Made by a program: the position numbers and the translations under genes. Positions 29,501-44,500 of a stretch of 64,000 nt of DNA are shown in pieces (position 1 is the stretch's first letter; every line of letters begins with the position of its first letter). Under the pieces are notes generated by a model. It was not told the DNA's origin, did not search any database, and saw only the letters and a program-made list of their open reading frames with translations. Origin of the DNA: Macrostomum hystrix (Eukaryota > Animalia > Platyhelminthes); the NCBI GenBank assembly GCA_950097015.1, contig CATNEN010000039.1:15624001-15688000 (forward strand), written 5' to 3'.

Positions 29501-32500
29501 CAATATTTCAGCCTTTGCTATTATAATATTAAGCCTGATTAAATGCGTTACAGCTAAAGATCCCCTCGGCCTGATCCCCATCCGTAGTTGGGGTGGCCCT
29601 TTTATCCCGCGACCCCTTCACTCTCGCTGGATTACACCCGTGGCGTAATCCTTTTGTTACGTAACAGCCGGCTCAGAGAGCAAGACTTGCCAGCTAGTCT
29701 TGCTGTCAAAAGCTTCAGAAGCAGTTTGTGTCTTCTTGGCTGCTGCGAGTAGATGGAAGGTAATACTTTAATAAGTCTTGGCTGCTAGCACCGAAATCCT
29801 TGCCAATTTGAGTAAATGAGAGCAAAATTTAAACTGAGAGCGGTCTGGGGTCTGCTCTATTCTCAGGAGAATATTCCCACCCATTTTAATTGAGTCTGGC
29901 CCGCTGTCTCTTTCTGAGCACGCCACGCTATATTTCCTGACGCGTGACCTTATAGCACTCTTTCACCCGTGTGTCCCTCTTATCTCCCGGTTGAGGCTAG
30001 AAGATTCCAGAATCTTCTATACTTTTAGTAAAAACTATTTCTATACATATCGGTTAGTTCAATAATATTTTAGCAGAATTCTACGGCTCGTACTCAACCT
30101 TATTAAAAACTGAATCTCCATAAACAAGAATCATCCTAATTATAAATTACCTAAATAAGAATCTTCCCAAACCAGAAACTTCCGAAATAAGAATCTTCCC
30201 AAACCAGAAACTTCCGAAATAAGAATCTTCCCAAACCAGAAACTTCCGAAATAAGAATCTTCCCAAAACATAATCTTCCCAAACCCGAAACTTCCCAAAC
30301 CATAATCTTCCCAAACCATAATCTTCCCAAACCAGAAACTTCCGAAACCAGAATCTTCCCAAAACATAATCTTCCCAAACCCGAAACTTCCCAAACCATA
30401 ATCTTCCCAAACCATAATCTTCCCAAACCAGAAACTTCCGAAACCATAATCTTCCCAAAACATAATCTTCCCAAACCCGAAACTTCCCAAACCATAATCT
30501 TCCCAAACCATAATCTTCCCAAACCAGAAACTTCCGAAACCATAATCTTCCCAAAACATAATCTTCCCAAACCCGAAACTTCCCAAACCATAATCTTCTT
30601 AAACCAGAAACTTCCCAAACCATAATCTTCCCAAAACATAATCTTCCCAAACCCGAAACTTCCCAAACCATAATCTTCTTAAACCAGAAACTTCCCAAAC
30701 CATAATCTTCCCAAACCAGAAACTTCCCAAACCAGAAACTTCCAAAACCAGAAACTTCCCAAACCAGAAACTTCCCAAACCAGAAACTTCCAAAACCAGA
30801 AACTTCCCAAACCAGAAACTTCCAAAACCATAATCTTCCCAAACCATAATCTTCCCAAACCAGAAACTTCCAAAACCAGAAACTTCCAAAACCATAATCT
30901 TCCCAAACCAGAATCTTCTTAAACCAGAAACTTCCAAAACCAGAAACTTCCAAAACCATAATCTTCCCAAACCATAATCTTCCCAAACCAGAATCTTCTT
31001 AAACCAGAAACTTCCAAAACCAGAAACTTCCAAAACCATAATCTTCCCAAACCAGAATCTTCTTAAACCAGAAACTTCCAAAACCAGAATCTTCTTAAAC
31101 CATAAACTTCCAAAACCAGAAACTTCCGAAACCATAATCTTCCCAAACCATAATCTTCTTAAACCAGAAACTTCCCAAACCATAATCTTCCCAAACCAGA
31201 AACTTCCAAAACCAGAAACTTCTCAAACCAGAATATTTCCAAACCAGAAACTTCTCAAACCAGAAACTTCTCAAACCAGAATCTTCCCAAACCATAATCT
31301 TCCCAAACCCGAAACTTCCCAAACCATAATCTTCTTAAACCAGAAACTTCCCAAACCATAATCTTCCCAAACCAGAAACTTCTAAAACCAGAAACTTCTC
31401 AAACCAGAATATTTCCAAACCAGAAACTTCTCAAACCAGAATCTTCCCAAACCAGAATCTTCCCAAACCATAATCTTCCAAAACCATAATCTTCCCAAAC
31501 CAGAATCTTCCCAAACCAGAAACTTCTCAAACCAGAATCTTCCCAAACCAGAATCTTCCCAAACCATAATCTTCCAAAACCATAATCTTCCCAAACCAGA
31601 ATCTTCCCAAACCAGAATCTTCCCAAACCAGAATCTTCCCAAACCAGAAACTTCCAAAACCAGAAACTTCTCAAACCAGAATATTTCCAAACCAGAATCT
31701 TCCCAAACCATAATCTTTCAAAACCATAATCTTCCCAAACCAGAATCTTCCCAAACCAGAATCTTCTCAAAACAGAATCTTCCCAAACCAGAATCTTACA
31801 AAAACTGAATCTTCCCAAACCAGAATATTCCCAAACCAGAATCTTCCCAAACCAGAAACTTTCCAAACCAGAATCTTCCTAAACCAGAATCTTCTCAAAC
31901 CAGAATCTTCTCAAACCAGAATCTTCTCAAACCAGAATCTTCTCAAAGCAGAATCTTCTCAAACCATAATCTTCCCAAACCAGAAACTTCCGAAACCAGA
32001 ATCTTCCCAAACCAGAAACTTCCCAAACCAGAAACTTCCCAAACCAGAAACTTCCCAAACGATAATATTCCCAAACCAGAATCTGAAATTTGAAAAAAGA
32101 AGAGTTCCAGCAGCGAAATTAAAAGACACGAGACAGGCAGACAGTAGAGAGAAAGAGTTAAGAGGGAAGGAAGTGGGCCGGAAGGGAGAGAGTGAAACAA
32201 GAGTGACAGAAAGACAAAGGGCTTTTGATAGTAGAGCTGCACTGCAACGCACCCAAAATTTTATAGATGGGATAATTCTAACCACATCCCACAAAAAACT
32301 GCCCCGCAGAGAGGGCCTCCTCCGAGAGCGACCCCTGTTTCTGACTCACATTACTGCTCAGAAAAAATGCGTGTAAAATTAGAGAAGGTAATAATAGCTC
32401 ATAGCGAAGGTGAGTCAAGGTGGCCTCCAATATTTAACGCTGGAAATCGGGTAGGCAGGGGAGGCTGTTTGGTCCGGGAAATGATTGAGCGAATGGACCT

Positions 32501-35500
32501 GGGGACAGGGAAGGGGGCAAAGCAGGACGGGAGAATTTGGGGCCGCGACATTTTTGTGTGAGTATTATTTAAGCAAGGAAGGTCTTTGTTATTCCTAACC
32601 CGCCAACTAATCCCAAAATCCCCTAGCGACATATTTACAGGTTCCCATGGCTAAGTGTGCCGCGCTGCAGAAATAAAGTAAAATTAAAAATGGGATTCGG
32701 ATAGAAAGTGTGAAGGGGTATGCAGTATTTAGTGGCTCACTTAGTATTTCATTTTTATATAGGAAGTTTCCTAAATTTAGGGTCTCAATGTATTGAAAGG
32801 TTTATGTTTCGTGAATATAACGAGTCGTATGTACGAGCGCATGCATTTTGATGGGAGAATTTCAGTATTTCGGGGTTACATTTTTTATCCCGAAATACTG
32901 AACAAATTACTCATCCGCTACTTAAGTTCATTGGCTAAGCTACGGCTCGTATCAATACGGCCCTACCTCACGCCATCGAATAACGTCTATCCTTTACTGA
33001 ACGCTGATTGGTTGAGTCAAAATACAACCCGCCTCACGCCACGTCACGCCATTGAATAACTTCTATCCCTTTACTGAGCACTGATTGGTTGAGCCAGAAA
33101 TACAGCCCACCTCACGCCACAAAATAAATTCTATCCTTTACTGAACGCTGATTCGTTAAAAGAACTCGCATAACAGGCAATTTTCGAGAAAAAATTATTA
33201 TCCTTCAAAAATTGGCAGAACTCACCCGACTGAAAAGTGAACTCGGAAAATAGCATCCAATCGGCATCTGGGTTGAAGTATAATCGAGCTTTAACAAATC
33301 GACCGATATTGTTGCCCAAATCGAACGTGATTAGCCGATTGAACATGTTTGCAGCGTCTTGGATGACTACATGCTCAACGGGGCTGAAAGTCGATAGGCT
33401 CCGATTTATGAACCGTTCTGTCTATTTCAATTTCACAACAATTTAACAAACACAAACAAGATCGATCTGAACTCACCTCTCGCTAAACCGCACGCCGCCA
33501 ATGCTAAAGAATACTTCCGCCTTATTAAATAGCCTAGTATTCCATTTGCGAAAATCGTTATTCGTATCTATGACGACGCTATTAAATCGACGCACTCGAT
33601 CAAACTCGAACAGTAGCTCGACGTGATCCTGATTCTGGCCTAACTGACTGCGGCTCCAGCCAACATAGGCCAGGCCGGCGATGCCCTCGTCTGACGGATC
33701 GGTGCCCGGAGCCACTATGGTGGTGACGTAATCTGTGAGCTGGCCAATACCGCCGGACATGCGGCCGTTGCTAATGACGCCATCGTAATAATGGTCGGAG
33801 AAATCGGCCTGGCCGGACGGCAACCGGTGGCCTTGGGGTCCGGAATAGGCCACAACACCCTGGTAGGTAGGACAGCCGAATAACTCTATCTTCAGGCAGA
33901 CGCTCACATCGCTCGGGTCGGGATTCACCGGGTAGATGCGCAAGATCTTCGCTACCAGGGGCGGCTTTAGCGCCAAATAGTTGCGCTTGTCCTTCAGGTC
34001 GGAGTTACCTTTGATTAGCTGCGGAAATTACAAGTGTAATAGAACTCTGGATCAACTTTACCCAATGAAACTTTGCACTCCGAGAACTTCCTTTTTCAAA
34101 AACAATTTTATGCAACACTTTTGTAATCACTGAAATTTATTAAGTGTCCACCAACTCTAGTGAAAAAATGCTAAAATTATCCTCTTTTTCTGGCACAACT
34201 GGGTTCTGAGTTGTGTAAATTTTAATGATCTTCTGAATGCCAAAAGCTTTATCACTTTAGAGTCTCTAAACTTAAGAATGCCTAACATTATTATCCTAAA
34301 CTTCACAATCACCAAACTTCATCGCCCCTAAAACTGAAAATCCGAAAATTTCATAATACCTAAACTAAAAAATTACAACAATTCATAAACCCGAATCTTT
34401 ATAACATCCAAGCATTATGATTCCCCAAACTTTATATCATCCCTAAAGTTCATAATCCTTAAACTTCATAATCCCTAAACTTTATAATCCCTAAACTTTA
34501 TAATCCCTAAACTTTATTATCCCTAAACTTTATAATCCCTAAACTTTATAATCCCTAAACTTTATAATCCCGAAACTTTATAATCCCTAAACTTTATTAT
34601 CCCTAAACATTATAATTCCTAAACATTATAATTCCTAAACTTTATTATTCCCAAACTTCATAATCCCCAAACTTCATACTTCCCATACTTCAAGGTGTCA
34701 TTGTGGAGTTTGCGAAAGCAATCCCACAGAACTCTCAGCAGCTGCTAACTAAACCTGATCGCTACTTAACTATCATTTTTCTTCGCAATCCTTCAGCCGT
34801 CATATAGTTTTTTTTCGCTCTCCAGCTAAATTCACCAATGAATGCGGCCAAGCGAGAACAGGTGGCGGCGTTTCACTGAACCTGAGAATCCGCTCAGGCA
34901 GGCAGCCGCGCATTAATTATGATTAAAAAACAGAAAGCTGAGAAGGGTGCCTTGGTCGTCTTCATCTCGATGATTGAGCATATAGACGCCAAGTCTCATC
35001 AAATTAGATAATGAAGGCTAGACTGGAGAGGCTCAGTTACGTAATAGCAAGGTCCACGCACGCAATTAATAGAACAATATATAGTGTAAAAGGGCAACAA
35101 AGAGCGCACTCACCACTTGACTGTGCCACAAGCCGTTGGAAATGCTTCTCAGGCTGTAGTTTCTGAACTGGTCCGAGTCGGACCGCTTGTACTGAATCAG
35201 CATCTGCTTGGTGAACTCGCCCTGAAATTGGCGGCGTTTGTGGGGCCGAATGTTCTGTTAAATGTACTTTGAAACTGTCAGCTCGTATTGCGGTGACAGA
35301 CAGACACAGACAGACAGACACGGACAGACAGACAGACAGACAGACAGGTGGGTAGACACGGACAGACAGACAGACAGGTAGACAGACAGACAGACAGGTG
35401 GGTTGACACGGACAGACAGACAGGTAGACAGACACAGACAGACAGACAGACAGACAGGTGGGTAGACACGGACAGACAGACAGACAGGTAGACAGACAGA

Positions 35501-38500
35501 CAGACAGGTGGGTAGACACGGACAGACAGACAGACAGACAGGTAGACAGACACAGACAGACAGACAGACAGACAGGTGGGTAGACACGGACAGACAGACA
35601 GACAGGTAGACAGACACAGACGGACAGACAGACAGGTAGACAGACACAGACAGACAGACAGACAGGCAGGCAGTCACACAGTCATCAAATATTACTGTCT
35701 TCAAGTATGACAGAATCTGAATAGCAGCCAGACATAGGTAATAAAAAACGATAAAAAAGCTGCAATGTCAACTACGAGCGTAGAGAGCGAGTGAGAAAGC
35801 GAACTCAGACTGAGGACAAAGAGTGGGAGTGAGGGAAAAAAGAGAACTAGCCAGGCAGAAGGAAGCAGAGCGAGCTAAATAATCACCATCGTCATCCTAA
35901 ATACTGTTAGCAATGGGAACACGCAAAGATGTGAAAAAGCAGACAGTTACACGGTAACAGTCAGTCAGAGACAGAAGGCACTGATAGATGAAAAGTTAAA
36001 AGAAGGAGTGAGTCAGTGATTAGCCTGCTGCAGAGATAAGATAAGAGAGGAAGGCTGAGAATTAAAAAATCTAGTTTAACCAACACAAAGACAGATGTCA
36101 GCAGTGACGGACAAATTTATTGACACATGAAGCGTGCAAAACTGCATACAGAGCGCTAAGTTAGACACCGAAAGCTGTTTGCAAAACTCAAAGGGAATTC
36201 CAACATGGAAATCTCAACACGGGTAAGTCTCAAAAAGGGGGAATCCAAATAAGGGGAATCTATCAGCAGGAAAATCTAAAGTTTTCCCTAAGAAATCCCT
36301 AAATGGAAAACCTGATATGGGATATCCCGAATCGAAAAACCGATTAAATCGAAAAACTCTACAACCGGTAATTCCTAAGTTGGAAAATCCCTAAATCAGG
36401 AATTCCCAAGCTAGGAAAATCCATCAAACTCGGAATTACCTAGACAGGAAAATTCCTTAACTGGGAATTCCCTAGACAAGAAAATCCATCAACCAGGAAT
36501 TCCCAACATAGGAAAATTCCTCAACTTGGAATTACCAAGATAGGAAATCCCTCACCTGAGAAATACCAAGATAGGAAATCCCCCAACCGGGAATTCCCAA
36601 GATTAGCAGTAGCTAACCCTAACTACGCCGAGGCAATAATAAAATTCTGGCATAATCAAGCATTAGAACTAAACCATTAAAATATGAAAATATCGAGATT
36701 CTCAGACGAGAAAAGGTTTTAAATTAATGTTGAATCCTTCAGGAAGCAGACTTTTGGTAAATAAATGACACGCGACAAGCTGACAAGATTGAAAGGAAAA
36801 ATTGAAGTGTAGAATCCGGCAAAATAAATGATTCACCAATTTCCATGTTAAAACCGTTAAAAGACAGAAGAAGTGAGCAAACACTGCCAATCTGCCTGTC
36901 AACCAGGGGGGCTGGCTGAAACATGGGAGGTTTGAGCAGACCTCACAGCACTCACTCTCACTTACTCAGGCTAGCACACACATACACAAGAGCCAAGCAA
37001 TGTTTAGCAAGCGAAAGCACTCAAATTTAACTGAAAAATTCTCCATAAAGCACGATCACGGTCAACAAGAATTTTTTTTCTCGTCCGCTCTACAAGATCT
37101 AGCTAGTTTACTTGGCTAAACCTCAAACATGCGATTCTCTGAGGCCTCTAGAATCGCACCCAACTGAACAAAGACTAACTTTTAAGCCCATCCACCTCCT
37201 CAGATTACCAAGAACTGGGGCGCACGTGGTCTCGAAAAAAATCTGGTCTTTGGCAGAACTAGTCGTAGCATAATTTCACTCAACATGAAACTGGCCCACT
37301 TGTGTATATGCCCATTGTGTGAGCAACAGAGTAAATAAAAAAGAGGCTAGAAAACACTTCAACAGAAATATTATATATTAGAGTTTGGGAATCTGGATTG
37401 AGAGGTCAGAAGTTCGAATCCGCTAGTCTATGGACTAAAGCTATTGTGCGAATTAATCTTAAAAAACTATTTTTTCAAATAAAGTATGAGTACATTTTGG
37501 ATCTAATCAAACGGACAGCTAAACTCCGCTAGGAATTACTCAGACTCAATGTCGGCGGTTAGAATTAGAAACTTGACAGGCCGATATAAACATATGGTTC
37601 ATAAATTTAATGGCTCAGATGGCGGAACTACGGGTGTTGAGTTACTGCCCCCCAACACTCTAACTATACTCTACTCGATAGTCAGGGTTGGCTCTTTGTT
37701 TGATCAATGAGCTCAATGAGTACACAAACAGGCTGTGTTGAGCACAGTTTTTGGGAGTCTGCGCATTTAGAATCACGGCTTTTATAGACATAAGGGACTG
37801 AATTTGCTTTTTGATAAGGAAATTTTTCCCAATCCGAATAAACTTGGTCGTACTAGTAGTGTTGTGAAGCTAATATTGGGAAGTTTTGGGAATTTTCCCG
37901 TTCGAATAGAATTAGGCTAAGATACTAAGATAGCACAAAAAAGTTTTGATCATAAAAAGCATCTAGTCACACGACCTTAGATTCAGATCCATACGAGCGT
38001 AATGAGGATTAAGGATTCAGATCCATACTGAGGATTAAGGATTCAGATCCATACTGAGGATTAAGGATTCAGATCCATACTGAGGATAAAGGATTCAGAT
38101 CCATAATGAGGATTAAGGATTCAGATCCATACTGAGGATTAAGGATTCAGATCCATACTGAGGATTAAGGATTCAGATCCATAATGAGGATAAAGGATTC
38201 AGATCCATAATGAGGATAAAGGATTCAGATCCATAATGAGGATAAAGGATTCAGATCCATAATGAGGATAAAGGATTCAGATCCATACTGAGGATAAAGG
38301 ATTCAGATCCATAATGAGGAGGATTAAGGATTCAGATCCATAATGAGGATAAAGGATTCAGATCCATAATGAGGATAAAGGATTCAGATCCATACTGAGG
38401 ATAAAGGATTCAGATCCATAATGAGGATAAAGGATTCAGATCCATACTGAGGATAAAGGATTCAGATCCATGCGAGCGTAATGAGGATTAAGGATTCAGA

Positions 38501-41500
38501 TCCATAATGAGGATAAAGGATTCAGATCCATAATGAGGATAAAGGATTCAGATCCATAATGAGGATAAAGGATTCAGATCCATAATGAGGATAAAGGATT
38601 CAGATCCATAATGAGGATAAAGGATTCAGATCCATACTGAGGATTAAGGATTCAGATCCATACTGAGGATTAAGGATTCAGATCCATAATGAGGATTAAG
38701 GATTCAGATCCACAATGAGGATAAAGGATTCAGATCCATAATGAGGATAAAGGATTCAGATCCATAATGAGGAGGATTAAGGATTCAGATCCATAATGAG
38801 GATAAAGGATTCAGATCCATAATGAGGATTAAGGATTCAGATCCATACTGAGGATTAAGGATTCAGATCCATAATGAGGATAAAGGATTCAGATCCATAA
38901 TGAGGATAAAGGATTCAGATCCATACTGAGGATAAAGGATTCAGATCCATAATGAGGATTAAGGATTCAGATCCATAATGAGGATAAAGGATTCAGATCC
39001 ATACTGAGGATTAAGGATTCAGATCCATAATGAGGATAAAGGATTCAGATCCATACTGAGGATTAAGGATTCAGATCCATAATGAGGATAAAGGATTCAG
39101 ATCCATACTGAGGATTAAGGATTCAGATCCATACTGAGGATTAAGGATTCAGATCCATAATGAGGATTAAGGATTCAGATCCACAATGAGGATAAAGGAT
39201 TCAGATCCATAATGAGGATTAAGGATTCAGATCCATACTGAGGATAAGGATTCAGATCCATAATGAGGATAAAGGATTCAGATCCATAATGAGGATAAAG
39301 GATTCAGATCCATAATGAGGATTAAGGATTCAGATCCATAATGAGGATAAAGGATTCAGATCCATAATGAGGATTAAGGATTCAGATCCATACTGAGGAT
39401 AAAGGATTCAGATCCATACTGAGGATTAAGGATTCAGATCCATACTGAGGATTAAGGATTCAGATCCATAATGAGGATAAAGGATTCAGATCCATAATGA
39501 GGATAAAGGATTCAGATCCATAATGAGGATTAAGGATTCAGATCCATAATGAGGATTAAGGATTCAGATCCATACTGAGGATTAAGGATTCAGATCCATA
39601 CTGAGGATAAAGGATTCAGATCCATACTGAGGATAAAGGATTCAGATCCATACTGAGGATTAAGGATTCAGATCCATAATGAGGATTAAGGATTCAAATC
39701 CATACTGAGGATTAAGGATTCAGATCCATAATGAGGATAAAGGATTCAGATCCATACTGAGGATTAAGGATTCAGATCCATAATGAGGATAAAGGATTCA
39801 GATCCATACTGAGGATTAAGGATTCAGATCCATACTGAGGATTAAGGATTCAGATCCATAATGAGGATTAAGGATTCAGATCCACAATGAGGATAAAGGA
39901 TTCAGATCCATAATGAGGATTAAGGATTCAGATCCATACTGAGGATAAGGATTCAGATCCATAATGAGGATAAAGGATTCAGATCCATAATGAGGATAAA
40001 GGATTCAGATCCATAATGAGGATTAAGGATTCAGATCCATAATGAGGATAAAGGATTCAGATCCATAATGAGGATTAAGGATTCAGATCCATACTGAGGA
40101 TAAAGGATTCAGATCCATACTGAGGATTAAGGATTCAGATCCATACTGAGGATTAAGGATTCAGATCCATAATGAGGATAAAGGATTCAGATCCATAATG
40201 AGGATAAAGGATTCAGATCCATAATGAGGATTAAGGATTCAGATCCATAATGAGGATTAAGGATTCAGATCCATACTGAGGATTAAGGATTCAGATCCAT
40301 ACTGAGGATAAAGGATTCAGATCCATACTGAGGATAAAGGATTCAGATCCATAATGAGGATAAAGGATTCAGATCCATAATGAGGATTAAGGATTCAGAT
40401 CCATAATGAGGATAAAGGATTCAGATCCATAATGAGGATAAAGGATTCAGATCCATAATGAGGATTAAGGATTCAGATCCATAATGAGGAGGATTAAGGA
40501 TTCAGATCCATAATGAGGATAAAGGATTCAGATCCATAATGAGGATTAAGGATTCAGATCCATAATGAGGATTAAGGATTCAGATCCATAATGAGGATAA
40601 AGGATTCAGATCCATAATGAGGATTAAGGATTCAGATCCATAATGAGGAGGATTAAGGATTCAGATCCATAATGAGGATAAAGGATTCAGATCCATAATG
40701 AGGATAAAGGATTCAGATCCATAATGAGGATTAAGGATTCAGATCCATAATGAGGATAAAGGATTCAGATCCATAATGAGGATAAAGGATTCAGATCCAT
40801 AATGAGGATTAAGGATTCAGATCCATAATGAGGATTAAGGATTCAGATCCATAATGAGGATTAAGGATTCAGATCCATAATGAGGATTAAGGATTCAGAT
40901 CCATAATGAGGATAAAGGATTCAGATCCATAATGAGGATAAAGGATTCAGATCCATAATGAGGATAAAGGATTCAGATCCATAATGAGGATAAAGGATTC
41001 AGATCCATAATGAGGATTAAGGATTCAGATCCATAATGAGGATAAAGGATTCAGATCCATAATGAGGATTAAGGATTCAGATCCATAATGAGGATAAAGG
41101 ATTCAGATCCATACTGAGGATTAAGGATTCAGATCCATAATGAGGATTCTGCGCCACCCTCCAAAGAGTTTATTAGTTTATAAACAAGCAAGGGATAAGC
41201 TCGCCTGTTTGACTGGCTAATTTGGAATTTTTTTAATAATCAAGACAAGAAAGATAAGATAACAAGATGAACTAAGAATTTTTTTACTGTCTGTCTTATC
41301 GAAACCCAAGCGAGTGCTACAGATTACATCTAGAATTAAATGCTATGTAAATGCTAAATAGTTGATCCCAGATAAGATGGACTGGCACACGGCACTGACT
41401 CTGCAAGCGATTAGTCTGTGGTACCTAACAAATGCAAAATCTGCAATTTCAATGTAAACTTGCTCTTTCTTCCTAGTCTGTTTATGCGACCGCAATGTCT

Positions 41501-44500
41501 ATGAAATGTTTGGGAGAAAAACCAGAATGCCTGCGCTATGAGTCACTAAAAGCACCAAACGCGAATAAACTAATGGTAGGATGCTGTCTGCTTCTTGCTT
41601 GACATGTTTGACAAGTGTCTCTAAGGGGAGAAGTTTTGTGCATTGGGACCTATGTAATTTCATACCGTGTTGTTTTACTGAGCGTGTCGTCTGCAGAACT
41701 TAATTGACAAACAAACTCTTAATTAAAAACCTTCTCTGATGAAGAAAAACACAGGGAAATGAGGATAAAATTAGGATAGGGAAATGAGGATGGAATATGA
41801 TTTAGAAATGAGAATGGAATTTGATTTAGAAATGAGGATGGAGTTGAATAGGGAAATGAGGATAGAATAGGATAGGGAAATGAGGATGGAATAGGATAGG
41901 GAAATGAGGATGCAATAGGATAGGGAAATGAGGATGGAATATGATTGGGAAATGAGGATGGAATATGATTTAGAAATGAGGATGGAATATGATTTAGAAA
42001 TGAGGATGGAATATGATTTAGAAATGAGGATGGAATATGATTTAGAAATGAGGATGGAATATGATTAGGAAATGATGATGGAATTTGATTAGGAAATGAT
42101 GATGGAATTTGATTGGGAAATGAGGATGGAATATGATTGGGAAATGAGGATGGAATATGATTTAGAAATGAGGATGGAATATGAGTTAGAAATGAGGATG
42201 GAATATGATTTAGAAATGAGGATGGAATATGATTTAGAAATGAGGATGGAATATGATTAGGAAATGAGGATGGAATTTGATTGGGAAATGAGGATGGAAT
42301 ATGATTGGGAAATGAGGATGGAATATGATTTAGAAATGAGGATGGATGGCTGGTGATTTGCAAACAAGCTGAGATTAAAGCAAGATTGGCAGATCACTAA
42401 CCAGATCCACAGACTTGTGCTGTCTCGGAATGGTGAGCAAGTTGCTAATGAATGTGGGCTCAGGAAACTGGATCTCAAGCCATTCGTGCAGCTCGTTTGG
42501 TCGCAATTGGTTGTGAGGACACCAGGCCTGGTCGCCGGAGCTTTCGAAGATCCTGACACATTGTGGTTGGAGGAATGGCGGGATTTCATTGTTGATTCTG
42601 CGTAGTAAATGTCAAGAATAAAGTTTCAGAAGGCATTCGAGAAAAACATATATTAGGGGTATAAAGATCAATTAGGAGAACAGAGAGATGGATTGGGAAA
42701 TATGGAGATAGATTGGGAAATATGGAGATGGATTGGGAGAATAGAGAGATGGATTGGGAGAAAAGAGAGATGCATTGGGAGAAAAGAGAGATGGATTGGG
42801 AGAATAGAGAGATGCATTGGGAGAAAAGAGAGATGGATTGGGAGAATAGAGAGATGGATTGGGAGAATAGAGAGATGGATTGGGAGAAAAGAGAGATGCA
42901 TTGGGAGAAAAGAGAGATGGATTGGGAGAAAAGAGAGATGCATTGGGAGAAAAGAGAGATGGATTGGGAGAATAGAGATGGATTGGGAGAATAGAGATGC
43001 GGATTGGGAGAATAGAGATACGGATTGGGAGAATAGAGATACGGATTGGGAGAAAAGAGAGATGGATTGGGAGAATAGAGAGATGGATTGGGAGAATAGA
43101 GAGATGGATTGGGAGAATAGAGATACGGATTGGGAGAATAGAGAGATAGATTGGGAGAATAGAGAGATGGATTGGGAGAATAGAGAGATGGATTGGGAGA
43201 ATAGAGATACGGATTGGGAGAATAGAGATGCGGATTGGGAGAACAGAGAGATGGATTAGGAGAATAGAGACGCGGATTGGGAGATGCGTATTAAAAGTAA
43301 TAAAATGTCTGCATTCCTGAAATCAACCTAATAGTCGACCTGAAAAAACTAAATCGAATCCCCATGAGAATTTCAACTGACTGCCTGGCGCATGCTGACC
43401 ATATGTATCGAGATGGAATTCAGCCCAAATTTGCGAATCTTCTTAAATCGGATTCTTCGTGTTCTCTCTATCTGTATGGAGGAAGAGTGCCTCTGCGGGG
43501 GTGGGGTCGCGACCCCTGGAATCTCCCAGATTTCTAGCGATTCTCCCATTCCCCAATTCCTCAAATTAGAAAGGCCAATCTTGTATTTTAAACAATTTGG
43601 GAGCTCTAGACGTGGTCAAGAAAGAAGCAGAAACATCTCTTGCTGGGATTCTATCCAATTTCTGGGGAGCAAATTGCTCCCGGCCTAAATTTGGAGCTCT
43701 GCTCAACTCAAACATCAATGGCGCGTAGTCTGCAGATTTTTTGTGACATTAGCGAAGGACTGTCTCACAGAGTAGCAATTTTATTTATCTTCCAAAAGAG
43801 CTCGTCTCATGGCATAGGGGGAGGTAGCGATAGAACAAGCCGGAAGGGAGAAAATTGTATCAAAATTGGTAGCAAAAGTCTTTTGGGATTTTTTTGAAGA
43901 AGCACAACTCGAAGCGATTAGACTGGAAAATGGAAAGCTTGGACATGCTGATAATTAGCTGCGGGAATGGGAAAAGTTTGCAAATTCTTTTAGGTGAATT
44001 GCAAGCTCGCAGGGAGGGAAGCGGTTTGGGGCCTTCAAATAAGTTAATAGGCAAAGTAGGGAAAATCTAGCTCAGATGAGTAGAGTGAGAAGTAGATCGG
44101 GATAGTGGGTAGAGAAGTAGATCGGTATAGTGGGTAGAGAAGTAGATCGGTATAGTAGATAGAGAAGTAGATCGGTATAATAGGTAGAGAAGTAGATCGG
44201 TATAGTAGGTAGAGAAGTAGATCGGTATAGTAGGTAGAGAAGTAGATCGGGATAGTAGGTAGAGAAGTAGATCGGTATAGTAGGTAGAGAAGTAGATCTG
44301 TATAGTAGGTAGAGAAGTAGACCGGGATAGTAGGTAGAGAAGTAGATCTGTATAGTTGGTAGAGAAGTAGATCGAAGCAGTTGGTAGAGAAGTAGATCGG
44401 GATAGTAGGTAGAGAAGTAGATCGGTATAGTGGGTAGAGAAGTAGATCGGTATAGTAGGTAGATAAGTAGATTTAGAAGAGCAGAAGAGACAATTAGATT

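Noticed and set aside
24743-32294. Many overlapping ORFs with SHLS/WEDYG-type peptides
   Set aside because: They are multi-frame read-through of 16-24-bp repeats inside DDR intron 6.
34436-34690. Interstitial telomeric repeat (CCCTAAA)
   Set aside because: The motif is embedded in a 16-bp unit and is not a contiguous telomere tract.
37385-37430. Further SINE/tRNA remnant (AGTTCGAATCC B-box)
   Set aside because: Only a B-box-like word, with no A box, body or TSD.
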